From positions 38,502,001-38,566,000 of the forward strand of contig OZ076420.1 of assembly GCA_964187785.1 (NCBI GenBank): a stretch of 64,000 nucleotides of DNA, in the 5' to 3' direction. The translations under genes were made by a program, and so were the position numbers. The DNA comes from Amphiscolops sp. MND2022 (taxonomy: Eukaryota). Below are positions 14,241-26,200 of this stretch, in pieces. The notes below the pieces were generated by a model. It was not told the origin of the DNA, made no database searches, and saw only the letters and a list, made by a program, of their open reading frames with translations. How positions within the stretch are numbered: position 1 is the first letter of the stretch; every line of letters starts with the position of its first letter.

Positions 14241-14698
14241 AAACCTATAGGAAGCCTACAAAATCTGTCAGTTCGTTGGTCTTCAAAAAAGACACTGTTG
14301 TAGTTCCTGTTCCTTTTGTTCGAAAAGCGTCGTCTGAAAATTTTTGAAAAATGAAATTTTCCTTGATGTGGAAACTATCAAATTTAATGCTTATTAAAGT
14401 AACTCAATGACGTTTGTAACTGCCACTTGGTCTAGAGGTTGGTTAACTCGGAGTTCTCAGACGAGATATGAGAAGCATGAGCACGTGGGTACTCAATCGA
14501 AATTTTGTACGCTTGCAAAAGTAGAGGGAAGACCAAACAGTCTCCCCTTTGGATTTTTTTCGGGTTTGTGCAGCTTTTTCTGCTTTTTTTAAAAACCAAA
14601 ACCTCTTTCTTCTATTTTCAGCAGAAACAAAGCGTTTTGAGAGGGCCACTTTAAGTTTTTTTGTTCTTTGCGTCTTACCGACGGAATTTAAAAGATTG

Positions 14699-15708
14699 AA
14701 AACACATTATTTTTTCGAAAATATTCTAGCAATTTTTAGTTTTTTATGTGTTCTGTAAAAGAAAACGTTTTTCCGAGTCTTGAAGGTGATCTCCTTGATT
14801 ATTTTCGATCCTGTGGGACTAGTGAAATTTTTAAATGACAGTGGAGTGGAAAACGTATTTTCGGCCCTGAAGGATTTTATGTCGATAAAATTTTCAATTC
14901 GTCAAAGTGTACCCATCTACTTTAATATTTTTTCGGCCAGGAAAAAAACCTTGGCGAGCCAAAAGCACTTTTCTCGTCACTATGAGATTTTTCATAAAGA
15001 AAAAATATCTTTAGCAAAAAATATATGAAAAATCAATTTTTTATTGTTCCAATTTGGGGAAAAAGTTGTTTTCTAAAGCTCATGCAAATGCCTTTGCATA
15101 TAAAAAGAACTTCGGTTTTCAACTTCGAGCGGGGCGCTATTTTGAGCCGTTCTCCGTTTGTTTATTTGGAGCTAATAGTTGCTTGGTGCCTGTGAGAAAT
15201 ATATATATATTTCTCACAGGCACCAAGCAACTATTAGCTCCAAATAAACAAACGGAGAACGGCTCAAAATAGCGTCCCGCTCGAAGTTGAAAACCGAAGT
15301 TCTTTTTATATGCAAAGGCATTCGCATAAGCTTTAGAAAACAACTTTTTCCCCAAATTGGAACAATAAAAAATTGATTTTTCATATATTTTTTGCTAAAG
15401 ATATTTTTTCTTTGGAAAAATCTCATAGTGACGAGAAAAGTGCTTTTGGCTCGCCAAGGGTTTTTTCCTGGCCGAAAAAATATCAAAGTAGATGGGTACA
15501 CTTTGACGAATTGAAAATTTTATCGACATAAAATCCTTCAGGGCCGAAAATACGTTTTCCACTCCACTGTCATTTAAAAATTTCACTAGTCCCACAGGAT
15601 CGAAAATAATCAAGGAGATCACCTTCAAGACTCGGAAAAACGTTTTCTTTTACAGAACACATAAAAAACGAAAAATTGCTAGAATATTTTCGAAACAAAA
15701 TGTGTTTT
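14699..15708. repeat. ~1-kb spacerless palindrome centred on an (AT)n tract, running into the assembly gap
   Basis: The centre lies between 15204 and 15205 (GAGAAATATATATATATTTCTC). The arms are near-identical with scattered differences, visible in the paired ORF translations 14780-15028 vs 15395-15628. Confidence 0.9.
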
Positions 15709-15908
15709 NNNNNNNNNNNNNNNNNNNNNNNNNNNNNNNNNNNNNNNNNNNNNNNNNNNNNNNNNNNNNNNNNNNNNNNNNNNNNNNNNNNNNNNNNNNN
15801 NNNNNNNNNNNNNNNNNNNNNNNNNNNNNNNNNNNNNNNNNNNNNNNNNNNNNNNNNNNNNNNNNNNNNNNNNNNNNNNNNNNNNNNNNNNNNNNNNNNN
15901 NNNNNNNN
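15709..15908. other. Assembly gap (200 N)
   Basis: Run of N. Confidence 1.
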
Positions 15909-16569
15909 AAATGGTTCAATTATGTAAAAACGAAAGTTTCTTGAATTTTTGCTATGATTACAATGATTTTTGTTTGAAATTTCAACCATCATTGTTTCCG
16001 AAGTTAGAAACATGTGATTTTGGGAGGAAAATATTTAAAATTGCTGATTTTTGAGAAAATATCAGTGATCCAATGAACATTTTTTGATAAATTTTGCCTT
16101 GCAGATACACTCAAATCTCTCGAAAACGAAGATGAAATTTGATTTTGGATATATTTGGAAAACGTATATTGGTGGGAGTTTTACCAAGTGTACGTCTAAA
16201 ATTCCTATCTTAATACATGTATTTCCAATTTTACTGAACGAAAAAGTGCTCCCATTTTCGTTTTCTTGGTGATTTCCACAAACAAAAACTATCATGGGAT
16301 TGAGAAAAATCAGAGAAATTTTTTGGTATAATTTTCTTGTAAAAATTATCCCCGAAAGACGGTAAAATGTTGAAAATACTGATTCTTGCGAGCGATCGAG
16401 GCTCGTTAAACCAATGAGATTTGAGCAGCGAGGCTTTGTGAACCAATCAGATTAAGGAATTCTTTGCATTCTGAGCAACTAAGTCGCATTCTTTCTTCAC
16501 ACCACTGTATATGAGTAAATGTTTGAAAACCAGCGAAATTCCACGCGGTTTGTTTAAGGCTATCAAAAG

Positions 16570-17180
16570 AGGGGAGACCAAAGGATCTGTTTGTAGAGAT
16601 ATTCCGACATTATGCGACTTTTGTTTTGATTTTGTTTTGAACTGAGACTTCTTTCAATTTTCAACAGAAGAAAAGCGTTTTGGCATAGATGGCCACTAAG
16701 TTTTTTCGGCACTAAGCGATTTACCGAAATTAAAAGTCTCCGCATTTTTTGGTTTTTTGAGAACTTCTGTGAAAGAAAATAGTTTTCCGAGTCTTGAAGG
16801 TGAACTATTTGTTGATTTTTGATCTCGTGGAACCGATCTCGTTTTCCTAATGATCGGGGAAAAGATCTACAGTCTATTTCTGCTATGTGACTTTTTTCCG
16901 AACTTTCATAACTGATTTGGGCTGGGAACAAAGTAATTTTGCGAACTGTGAAAGCTCCTTTTTCGGAGAATTTTTCTGAAATAAAAGTTTTCAAAAATAG
17001 GTTTTTTGATGTTTTCAGTCAGGGAAAAGCTGTTTTCAAGGCTTATGCGAATCCCTTCGGGTATTTTTCGGCACTGTAAGTTTGATAAAAATTTTCACAA
17101 TTGTGTTCCTTTGCATTTTCAAAAAACTGGTTTTTTAGAACCTTGAGCGGGGCGCTGACTTGGGCCGTTCCCGTCTTGTT
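16570..17180 (+). mobile_element. HINE family A-related degenerate copy (5' end unclear)
   Basis: Ends GGCGCTGACTTGGGCCGTTCCCGTCTTGTT. The internal sequence (TTTTCCGAGTCTTGAAGGTGA, GTGAAAGCTCCTTTTT) is shared with 3490-3830 and the palindrome arms. Confidence 0.55.
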
Positions 17181-20100
17181 CCATGCAGAATTCATTGAGT
17201 TCATTCACCCCAAACTTTTGCATCACCCTACTTCCGGTTGGTGTTTATCATTTTTGTGATTTCTACCTTTCAACCATTGCCACTGCCATCATTTGCTTAT
17301 GCTATCTCAATGCTTGATTACACGCACCTTATGCCAGTTTCAGGGTGTGATTTTGGATATGAAGTTTTAGTGGAAAAGCTGATCTATAGTTGAATATACT
17401 TGAAGAATACTTTTGGGGGCTCGAGTTTTGCGAGGTGCGCATATGGTGACGTTCTTTCCGCAGACTTTGTGGCATGTGCCAACTTTTCGAACTTGTGAAG
17501 CAAAGTTCCCAAAGCCCATAGCCGACATGGACACCATGTTTTAGCTAAAAGTTGCGCATGATCCTCGGCTACATTTTCGTTTAGAAACATATTTTCAAAA
17601 ATTCGGCTTCATGGGGCTTTTTTTGGAAGAATTTTCGAAAAAACGGTCTTTTCGACTGTTTTTCATATTCGATTCCCTATATTTCAGAACTGAGACTAAA
17701 TACAGGGTCCATGATGTCGTAAATTTCACAAACGTTTCATAGGCTACATTTTAGCTTAAAAATGACGTCAAAACATTTTTTAAGTATTTGGTTGTTTTGG
17801 GCAAAAAACAGATGAAAAAATGTCGAAAAAGTTTTTCTCATTCGTAGCTCATATTTCTGAAAACTGATGAAAGATACAGAATCCTTTGCCCCTCAATAGA
17901 AACTGCGAGCATGTAGGCTACTTTTTAGAAGCAACAATGTTCTCATCATCAAGTATGACGAACTCGTTTTTCTGCCAAAAATACTTCAATTTTTTGAAAC
18001 AAAATCTTGGTTCTTTTTTACTTGAGCTCCTATATCTCATGACCGAGACCAACTATGGGGTTCATGGTTTCGTTAATTTTACGAGGTTTATTTAGACTAT
18101 TTTTTATGTTAAAAGTGAAGTCGAATTTTTTTGCTCTGAATTAATTTTTTTGAGCAAATAAAGTAATGAAAAAAATTTTCTGAAAGTTTTCCATTTGTTT
18201 CCAAATTGTAGCTGAATTTTCTCAGAACTGAAAATAGATATGAAAACCATTCTCCCTCACGAAGTGAGACAAGGATGTAGGCTACTTTTCGTTCTATCAA
18301 AGTTTCCGTCATAAAGGATAACGTTTCGGGTTTCTACCAAAAATACATTTTTTCCATTTTTCTCAAAAAAATTTCATTCTTTTTAAATCTTTCATCAAAA
18401 TATCCTGATCTGAAACTAGATGTGTTCACTAGGTTTTGGGCCCTGGGATATACTCATTTTGTAGCACCTTCTTCAGACCATTGAACGCTTCTGCTCGAGG
18501 CCAAGTGCAACATGCCGTCGCGCCCGTTTCGATTTTTTTCTTTTCACGGGATGGTCCCGATTCGGGTTTTCCCTGTTTCGATTTCACGGGACAGCTTTTT
18601 CCAGCCGTTTTTCAAGCCTGATGATTCTGATCTTTAGGTTTTCCAGGTGATTTCTGATTTTTTCGTTAACAGAAAAGCATTTTTCAAGGCCGCAGGTCGC
18701 CTCTTTAGATTTTTTTGCCACAGTGAAAGTTACGAATTATTGCCAAAATTCACCTTGGGCATTAATATGAGGCTTTGCACTTTTTGAGTCGACTTTAGAT
18801 GGTCTTGTCTGTCTTGTTTCGTTTTCAAGTATACCCTTTTTTCCAAGACTTTTGGCACTGAAATTTGTTCCAAAACAGCCCCTCAGCGTTATACAACTTT
18901 GAGAAATATACGATTAAAATGTTCCCGCCTGATAATTCAACTATTAGACTTCATATCCGGATCAGACTAAAAGGTCCTCCTTTTCTAACTGCAAATGATC
19001 GTTGCGCCCCTTACGAGTTTCTAGTTCGGGCAACTTGAAACGTTCCCGAGTAATCGTCACTGGTTTTTTCCAGATGACGATTAATCACGCCGAATGGGCC
19101 ATTTCTGCACAAACTTTCATCCCAGATCTAAAGCGTACCCAGAGAGGCCAAAACGCCCCAGTTTGAGCTTTTCGCATTTTACTTGATCTAGAAAACCATT
19201 TTAGATGAAAGGGCATCCCTATGTATATGTAAAGGTACCGAGATGTTCCGAAATTCTCATGAAACAGCTTTTAAACATAAACTACTTTCACTTTTTGAGC
19301 CTTAAGCAGGCACAGATTTTGACGCTCTCATCTGGTTCAATCAAGACAAGCTTGTGAGAACCGAAAGGGTTCCTCTTGAGACTTTTCTCGCATATCAAGT
19401 ATTTTCTCAATTTTTGAAGTATTTATAAATAATGATGGTCATTTTCAGTTGAAACAAGCAACTCTCCAATTTTTGTCGTCGTCAGTTAAAATCCCACTTT
19501 ATCCTACAGGGTCAGTCTTTGAGATTTTAGGTACTGAGATTTTTTCGGAATTTTTGTAACAGATGCTGAGCATATTTAGGTCTCCGTGATTTTTGAGCCA
19601 CACAGTGGGCTCATACAGACTCACACTGTTCCCGCCTTGTTTCAAGTGCCGTATTCATTCCAAAAAGCCAAGCCTCTCACATTTTGAATTAGCACACACG
19701 AAGAAGCAATCCTAATAATTCGCCGTGAGCCGCTCTCAATTTACCAGTTTCAAGCTAAACTGATAGAACAACTATTAAGTAAAATTTTAGAACTTTTGCT
19801 CATCGTTGAGCTCAGAAGTATATGCTGAGCGAATGATGCTAACAAGACGAGAACGTCTCCTCAAGTCGATACCAACTGAAGGCTGAAAAGCGCCAAGTTT
19901 TTCAAATAAACCCAGGGCGTTTTTATTAAAATTCTGACAAACCCCACAGTGCCAAGAAAACTCGAAGAGGAACCGAACCCTTTGATCTCGTCTAGATTAG
20001 AAAACATTGAAAAAGTTTATTCAAACTTGCGAAACGAAGCACGCATCCCAACCTCTGGGTCAATCGGTACAATAAAGTTACACAGACGAGACTTGGAAAT

Positions 20101-20223
20101 GGGAACTGTTGTGCTGTGATTTGCAGCCCTTGTGTATTGTTGTAAAATGGAAAAGTACGAAGAAATTATCTTCTCTGAATACATAAAGTATAATACAAGG
20201 ATAGATTACATAAAGCAAAAATT

Positions 20224-23200
20224 TCATTCAAGTTCCAAAATTAAATCGTCTTTATTGACTGCGGCACCGGGAGAAAAGTTGACCGCTTTCACGACCCCGT
20301 CAGAAGCGATGACCAAAGAGTTTTGCATCTTCATGGCCTCCAAGACACACACTTCCTGTCCCGCAAAAACCTGGTCGCCTATTTTCAGAGCTATCTGCAC
20401 CAAAGTACCTGCCATGGGAGCCTTAACGAACTTTGAGAGATCCGGTTTTGGTTTTTCTGGCAAGATCTGGAGCAGTTCGGCACTACGTGGGCTCATAACG
20501 GTAAGATTGAACTCGGTTCCTAGATACTGTAAACAGACATTTCCTCCCGAAGATCTGGACAGTAGCTGGATAGTTGGAAGTTTCTCTCCATTAACAGAGC
20601 AATTGATTAGTTCATGGCTGTTGAAACCCTCTATCTCGTAATGGTCACCATTGATTGTGAATTTGAACGAATTTCCGGATGCGGATATTGTGATATCAAT
20701 GAATTCTTCGCCAATTTTAACGGTCAATGACTTTTGTTTCAAAGACTTCAAATCTCTTTGCATGTATAGACATTCTTGATGAAGATTGACGAGCGTAGCA
20801 ATTGCAGAAAGATAGACCTTGTCAGTTTTGGTAGGCTGATAACCTTGAAATCCTTCCGGGAATGTTTCGTAAAGATAATTTGTAGTTATATCGCCAGATT
20901 TGAACTTTTCTTCGTTTATGCACGTCCTTAATAACGATATATTATGGGTCACTCCCTGGATTATGTAAGAATCTAAGGCTTGGGTCATACAGTTCATTGC
21001 TTCGGATCTATCTCTACCGTAAGTAACTAGTTTGCAGATCATGGGGTCGTAATACATAGATATTTCAGTGCCTTCGTCAATTCCAGAGTCACAGCGAACA
21101 TTCTCAGTTTTGGGTTCGCTGTATCTAAAAAGTCGCCCAATTGAGGGAAGACCGAAATTTTTGGTGGGGTCCTCAGCGTAAACTCTGCATTCGACAGCGT
21201 GACCTTTCAAAGGCATTTCAGACTGTTTGATACCAAGTTTGTAGCCTTTAGCAACCCGTAACATTTGATGAACTATATCAATACCAGTGATACATTCTGT
21301 AATAGGATGTTCAACTTGTAATCTAGTGTTCATTTCCAAGAAATAAAACTTCTTGTGTTTATCTACTAAAAACTCGACAGTTCCTGCCGAATGGTATCCC
21401 ACTTCGCGAGCCAATGAGATTGCTTGTTGGCCCATCATATCGCGAGTTGATTGGTCAATGAAAGGACTCGGTGCTTCTTCAATCACTTTCTGATTTCGTC
21501 TTTGGATAGAACATTCGCGTTCGTGGAGGTACAGATAATTGTCGTGTTGGTCACCCAGAACTTGAATTTCTATATGTCGAGGACTTTCGATGAACTTTTC
21601 CACCAAAATTCTGTCATCTCCGAAGCTTGACTTTGCTTCCTGGCTGCTGAGCTGAAAAAGCAGTATTAGTGTTTCAAACTGATATAACTTTGATTAACGT
21701 TTTAAAGCGAGCTTTCCCGTGTCAACAAGTTAGACTTTGCAATTTTTTAAAAGTAAGACTTTTAGGATACCGCTGTATATGAAATAGTGATTGGATTTCC
21801 TGGGACCAAGTAATTCATGTGCTGCCATTCATACTTTAAACTAATTGGATTACGCCAGAAAGCCGACAACACGTTTAGAGGTTATTGCTTACTCCTTGAT
21901 TCTACACTTGGACATATATGTGAAAGCGCAAAAAAAGACAAGTACAGATATTTTCAATTCTTCAAGTATTTTAGGTTCTATGGATTTTTTCTGAAATTTG
22001 TTCAAATTTGGGTTGTCAGCGTACGGTTCTCTGTTTTTCATCGCGGAAGTGATTACATCAAATATTTCAGAATCACGAATTTTGTCAATAGTAGCGACCA
22101 AACTTCAAAAACAGACCTGAAAACCTTTCACACATTCGTCGTCGTTGTAGGCGACCCTCATTCCCTTGCCCCCTCCACCAGCAGACGCCTTCAACATGAC
22201 GGGGTAGCCGATGTCGTGAGCTATCTTGACTGCCTCTTCTGGCGACTTGACTGCCCCGTCGAAACCAGGAATAAGGTTCACTTTGGCTGCCTCTGCAATG
22301 CGTTTAGACTCTATTTTGTCACCCATCGCCTGAAATATTGGGACACATTAGTACACTAACAAGCTAATGGGAAGAATTTTCATGCTTAATTCATTTTCAG
22401 TGATTTCAAAAATAGCGTTGCGGCGACTATCGAAAAATAGCATTGTAACGACTTCGTTTTGGACGAATTGTTTGCTTCACAACGAGCTGTAGTTAAAATT
22501 GATTCGACTGTTTCAGCATTTCTCTTGAACTGAGGATACGCTTTAAAAATATTTCCAACACAGGCGGCAATTCGTGCGTTCACTCAAAACTCAAATCAGA
22601 ATTTAACCAGACTAAGGATCAGTTGGCAATATTCCAAGTATTCAAAATTATTTAAAATGTAAACAATGATATTTCATGCAATACTTGTTCCTGAATTGAA
22701 AATTATTTCAAATTGTTGCTCAAAATTGTTCACAATTAGCAACGTCACCTTTATGGCAGGACTAGGAGGCCCAATGAACGTGATGCCGTTTTCCTGTAGA
22801 AGAGAAGCGAAAGCAGTGTTTTCTGACAGAAACCCAAAACCCGGATGAACAGCCTGGGCGCCGGTCTTGACACAGCTCTCCAGAATTCTGTCCATTCTCA
22901 GATAGCTGTCTTTCGAAGCAGATCCTCCTGCAAAAAATTAAATGCAACCACTCAGTTCTCATTTCTTGTGATTTGCAAAAGAGAACAACTATTTCTATCA
23001 AGTATTTATTTTCTTGAGCTAGAAGTCACAGCATGTATATCTTCTACTTTTTATCGAGATTTCTGCTTTCAATAAGTGTATGAACAACTCATGAAATATC
23101 TCTTCTTTGCTTTGGCGCAAAATATTTGATGACTACTTCACTGTAAACTTTTGTATCATTCTTTGTTGACTTTCATCAAAAATCAGTTCACTTCTCAGAA

Positions 23201-26200
23201 CAAAACAACGTTTTGGAAATCAAGAGGTTATGGAAAACTGTCACGCTTCTTGCAACAAAAATAACTAAGACTTCTTTGCCGAAGAAGTTGGATGTTTGTG
23301 CGCTCTGAGACCAACAACATAGACGATTTGCAACTTTTGATGAACAGCGATGACCACTAGAAGTTGAAGTGGGACGAAGATGGATCTGCGATGGACTAGA
23401 AGTGGAGTCACAGTGGAGTGCCAGTGAGGGTTCAGCGTGGCTACGACGTTTTTTTTTGAGCAGTGTCAGTTTGCAGCAGAAGTTAACAGTCCTCGAGGAA
23501 GCAATTTTGCGAGTGTTACAAGTAACTCTGAAAACTTGAACTCAAACTCCTCTTTTCTCTTTCTTCTTTTGGTGCTCTTATTTATAGCTACTGTTTTTGC
23601 TAGTCTGAGTCAAGTTAGAGTGGAGTTGAGTTGAGAGACAACACATAGCAAGTTTTCAAAGTAAGAAACTTTGGGGGGATTTAAGATCCAGTTAGTAGGA
23701 CCGTCTCAGAAAAATTTCCTTAGTCCATAATTTACTGACAGACAATTTGATTCCTTTTTTGTGAGGATGCTTTGCCCTTGAAAGTTATGTATTTCACACA
23801 TAACTGCTGTAGCTAAAGCACTGCTTGGCCAACAGTCAGTATTGGAATGAGTTGATTCTGAAATAGGTTTCAGGAGGTCTGTCATTTGCATTTTTCGGAT
23901 AAGGCTTTTTTTGCGTGATTGCAGCGCGTTCTTAGAAACAATTCCACTAGAACACAATTCACGAGGTTCAGGATTCACAAGGTTTAGGTGTTTAGCGAAA
24001 AGGACTAAATAGTGTGTATAGAAATCAGTTTTGAAAAATCTTGAAACATTCACGTTACGTTGAGACAACTACCGCTAAGATGGCCACTTCGACAAGGACA
24101 GTGCATTCTAAACTCGAAACTTTAATGTTTTCTGGTAAGGATGAAGATTTTGAATATTTCGCGGAACGATTTGAAGCTCGGCTTCATTTGCTCAAGCTAA
24201 GAAGTGTGTTGTTGGACACTGAAACTTTGCCGGCAACAGAAGCCGAAAACTTTGCCGCTGAGAGTGAAAAACTGAAAGAAAAGCAGTTCGAAGTATGGTG
24301 CGAATTGGTTCAATGTTTAGATAAGAAGACGTTAAGTCTTATAAAGTGCCTAAAACCGAACGGCACTGCAGCTTGGCGTGAACTCCAAAATTATTTTAAG
24401 AGCAAAGAAAGACCGCGCATTCACCAACTTTTGAACAAGTTGACAAACTTGAAACTCGATTCAAGTGAAAGTATTCGTGACTACTTAGTCAGAGCTGAGG
24501 AACTTCAGCTAAATTTGAGCGAAGTGAACGAAAACGTAAGTGACCAAATGCTTTGTTCGGTAGTTTTGAAAGGCCTTCCACAACAGTTCGCGAACTTTGT
24601 CACTGTTTTCAAGTTTTCGCACGAGCTAAAGTCTTTCCTAGATTTAAAGAGAGATTTACTCAATTTTGATAGCGAGAGCAACCTGAAAGGTACGGATCAA
24701 GGCTCTAGTTCACATTTCAGTAAAGATGTGAAGTGTTTCAAATGCGGCAAGTTCGGTCAGAAGCAAGCGCAATGTCGGTCGAAAACTGTTGCGATCGTTT
24801 GTTACGAATGTGGTGAGAAAGGTCACAAGGCTAATGCGTGTCCCAAAGCTCAAAAGAAGTCATTTGATAAGCGTAATAAGGAAACACAAAAGAGGTTTTT
24901 TACGAAACGGAACGAAGGCAACTTGACAACTGAACTCAACGATACGGACGGATTTTCTTTTCACGCGTCCGATCAACGAGAAGACGGCTCTCAATTCGAA
25001 CTTTTGATAGACAGTGGCTGCACAAGTCACATGATAAAAGACATAGAACTATTCAGTTATCTAGAAACGTCCCAGAAAGGAAAAGTATCTTGTGCTAACG
25101 GCACTGAGTCCGTCGTTGAAGGTAGAGGTAAAATAGAGTTTTTCGCCAAAAAAAGTCGCGGAATATTACAACCAGAGCCGCATGTGCGGTAAAGGAGTCG
25201 GCTTAGGTTTTTTTCTGAAGTCGAAAAATGGCCCTTTTTTGACCATTTTTGGGCTAATTTTGGCTATGTTTCTCACATCCCAGCCATACGATTTTGATGC
25301 CATTGCACATATGGGACTCTAATATGGTGTAGAATATCTGTAGAAAATTTCGTTCGAATCGTATGGACAGTTTTTGAGAAAATCGAAAAAAGTCGAAAAA
25401 TGGCTGTTTTTTGGCCATTTTTGGGCTAATTTTGGCGATGTTTCTCACATCCCAACCATACGATTTTGATGCCATTGCACATATAGGACTCTAATATGGT
25501 GTAGAATATCTGTAGAAAATTTCGTTCGAATCGTATGGACAGTTTTTGAGAAAATCGAAAAAGTCGAAAAATGGCTGTTTTTTGGCCATTTTTGGGCTAA
25601 TTTTGGCTATGTTTCTCACATCCCAGCCATACGATTTTGATGCCATTGCACATATAGGACTCTAATATGGTGTAGAATAACTGTAAAAAATTTCGTTCGA
25701 ATCGTATGGACAGTTTTTGAGAAAATCGAAAAAAGTCGAAAAATGGCTGTTTTTTGGCCATTTTTGGGCTAATTTTGGCTATGTTTCTCACATCCCAGCC
25801 ATACGATTTTGATGGCTTTGCACACGCAGGGGCCCCTTTGGGTGTAGAATGACTGTGCAAAATTTCGTGAAAATCGTATAGACAGTTTTTGAGAAATTTG
25901 AAATTTTCATGAAAAGGTCGGGAGAAAAAAAAACAAAAAAAAACAACACGATTGCATAAGTAGTCGAAAATTTTTTCCGACTCCTAAAAAGTAGCTCTCG
26001 AAAATGCTCTGCATGTCCCCCAGTATTCGAAAAACTTAATCTCAATCAAAAGACTGAACGTCGCGGAGGCGAAAGTAATATTTGATGAGAAACCCAGGAT
26101 TGAGATTGAAAATTTTTCTTTAGAAAGTCGGAACAATCTGTTCTTTTTGCGCGCTACAAAATCCGAAGTAAGCAACACTGTTGAAGATAGATTGCAGTTA

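Noticed and set aside
15570-16013. ORFs spanning the N run
   Set aside because: Artefacts of translating the assembly gap.
20132-20641. 169-aa plus-strand ORF
   Set aside because: Antisense shadow of the last PCCA exon.
25221-25810. 172-bp tandem units as a CRISPR array
   Set aside because: The units are contiguous with no unique spacers, there are no cas genes, and the context is eukaryotic.
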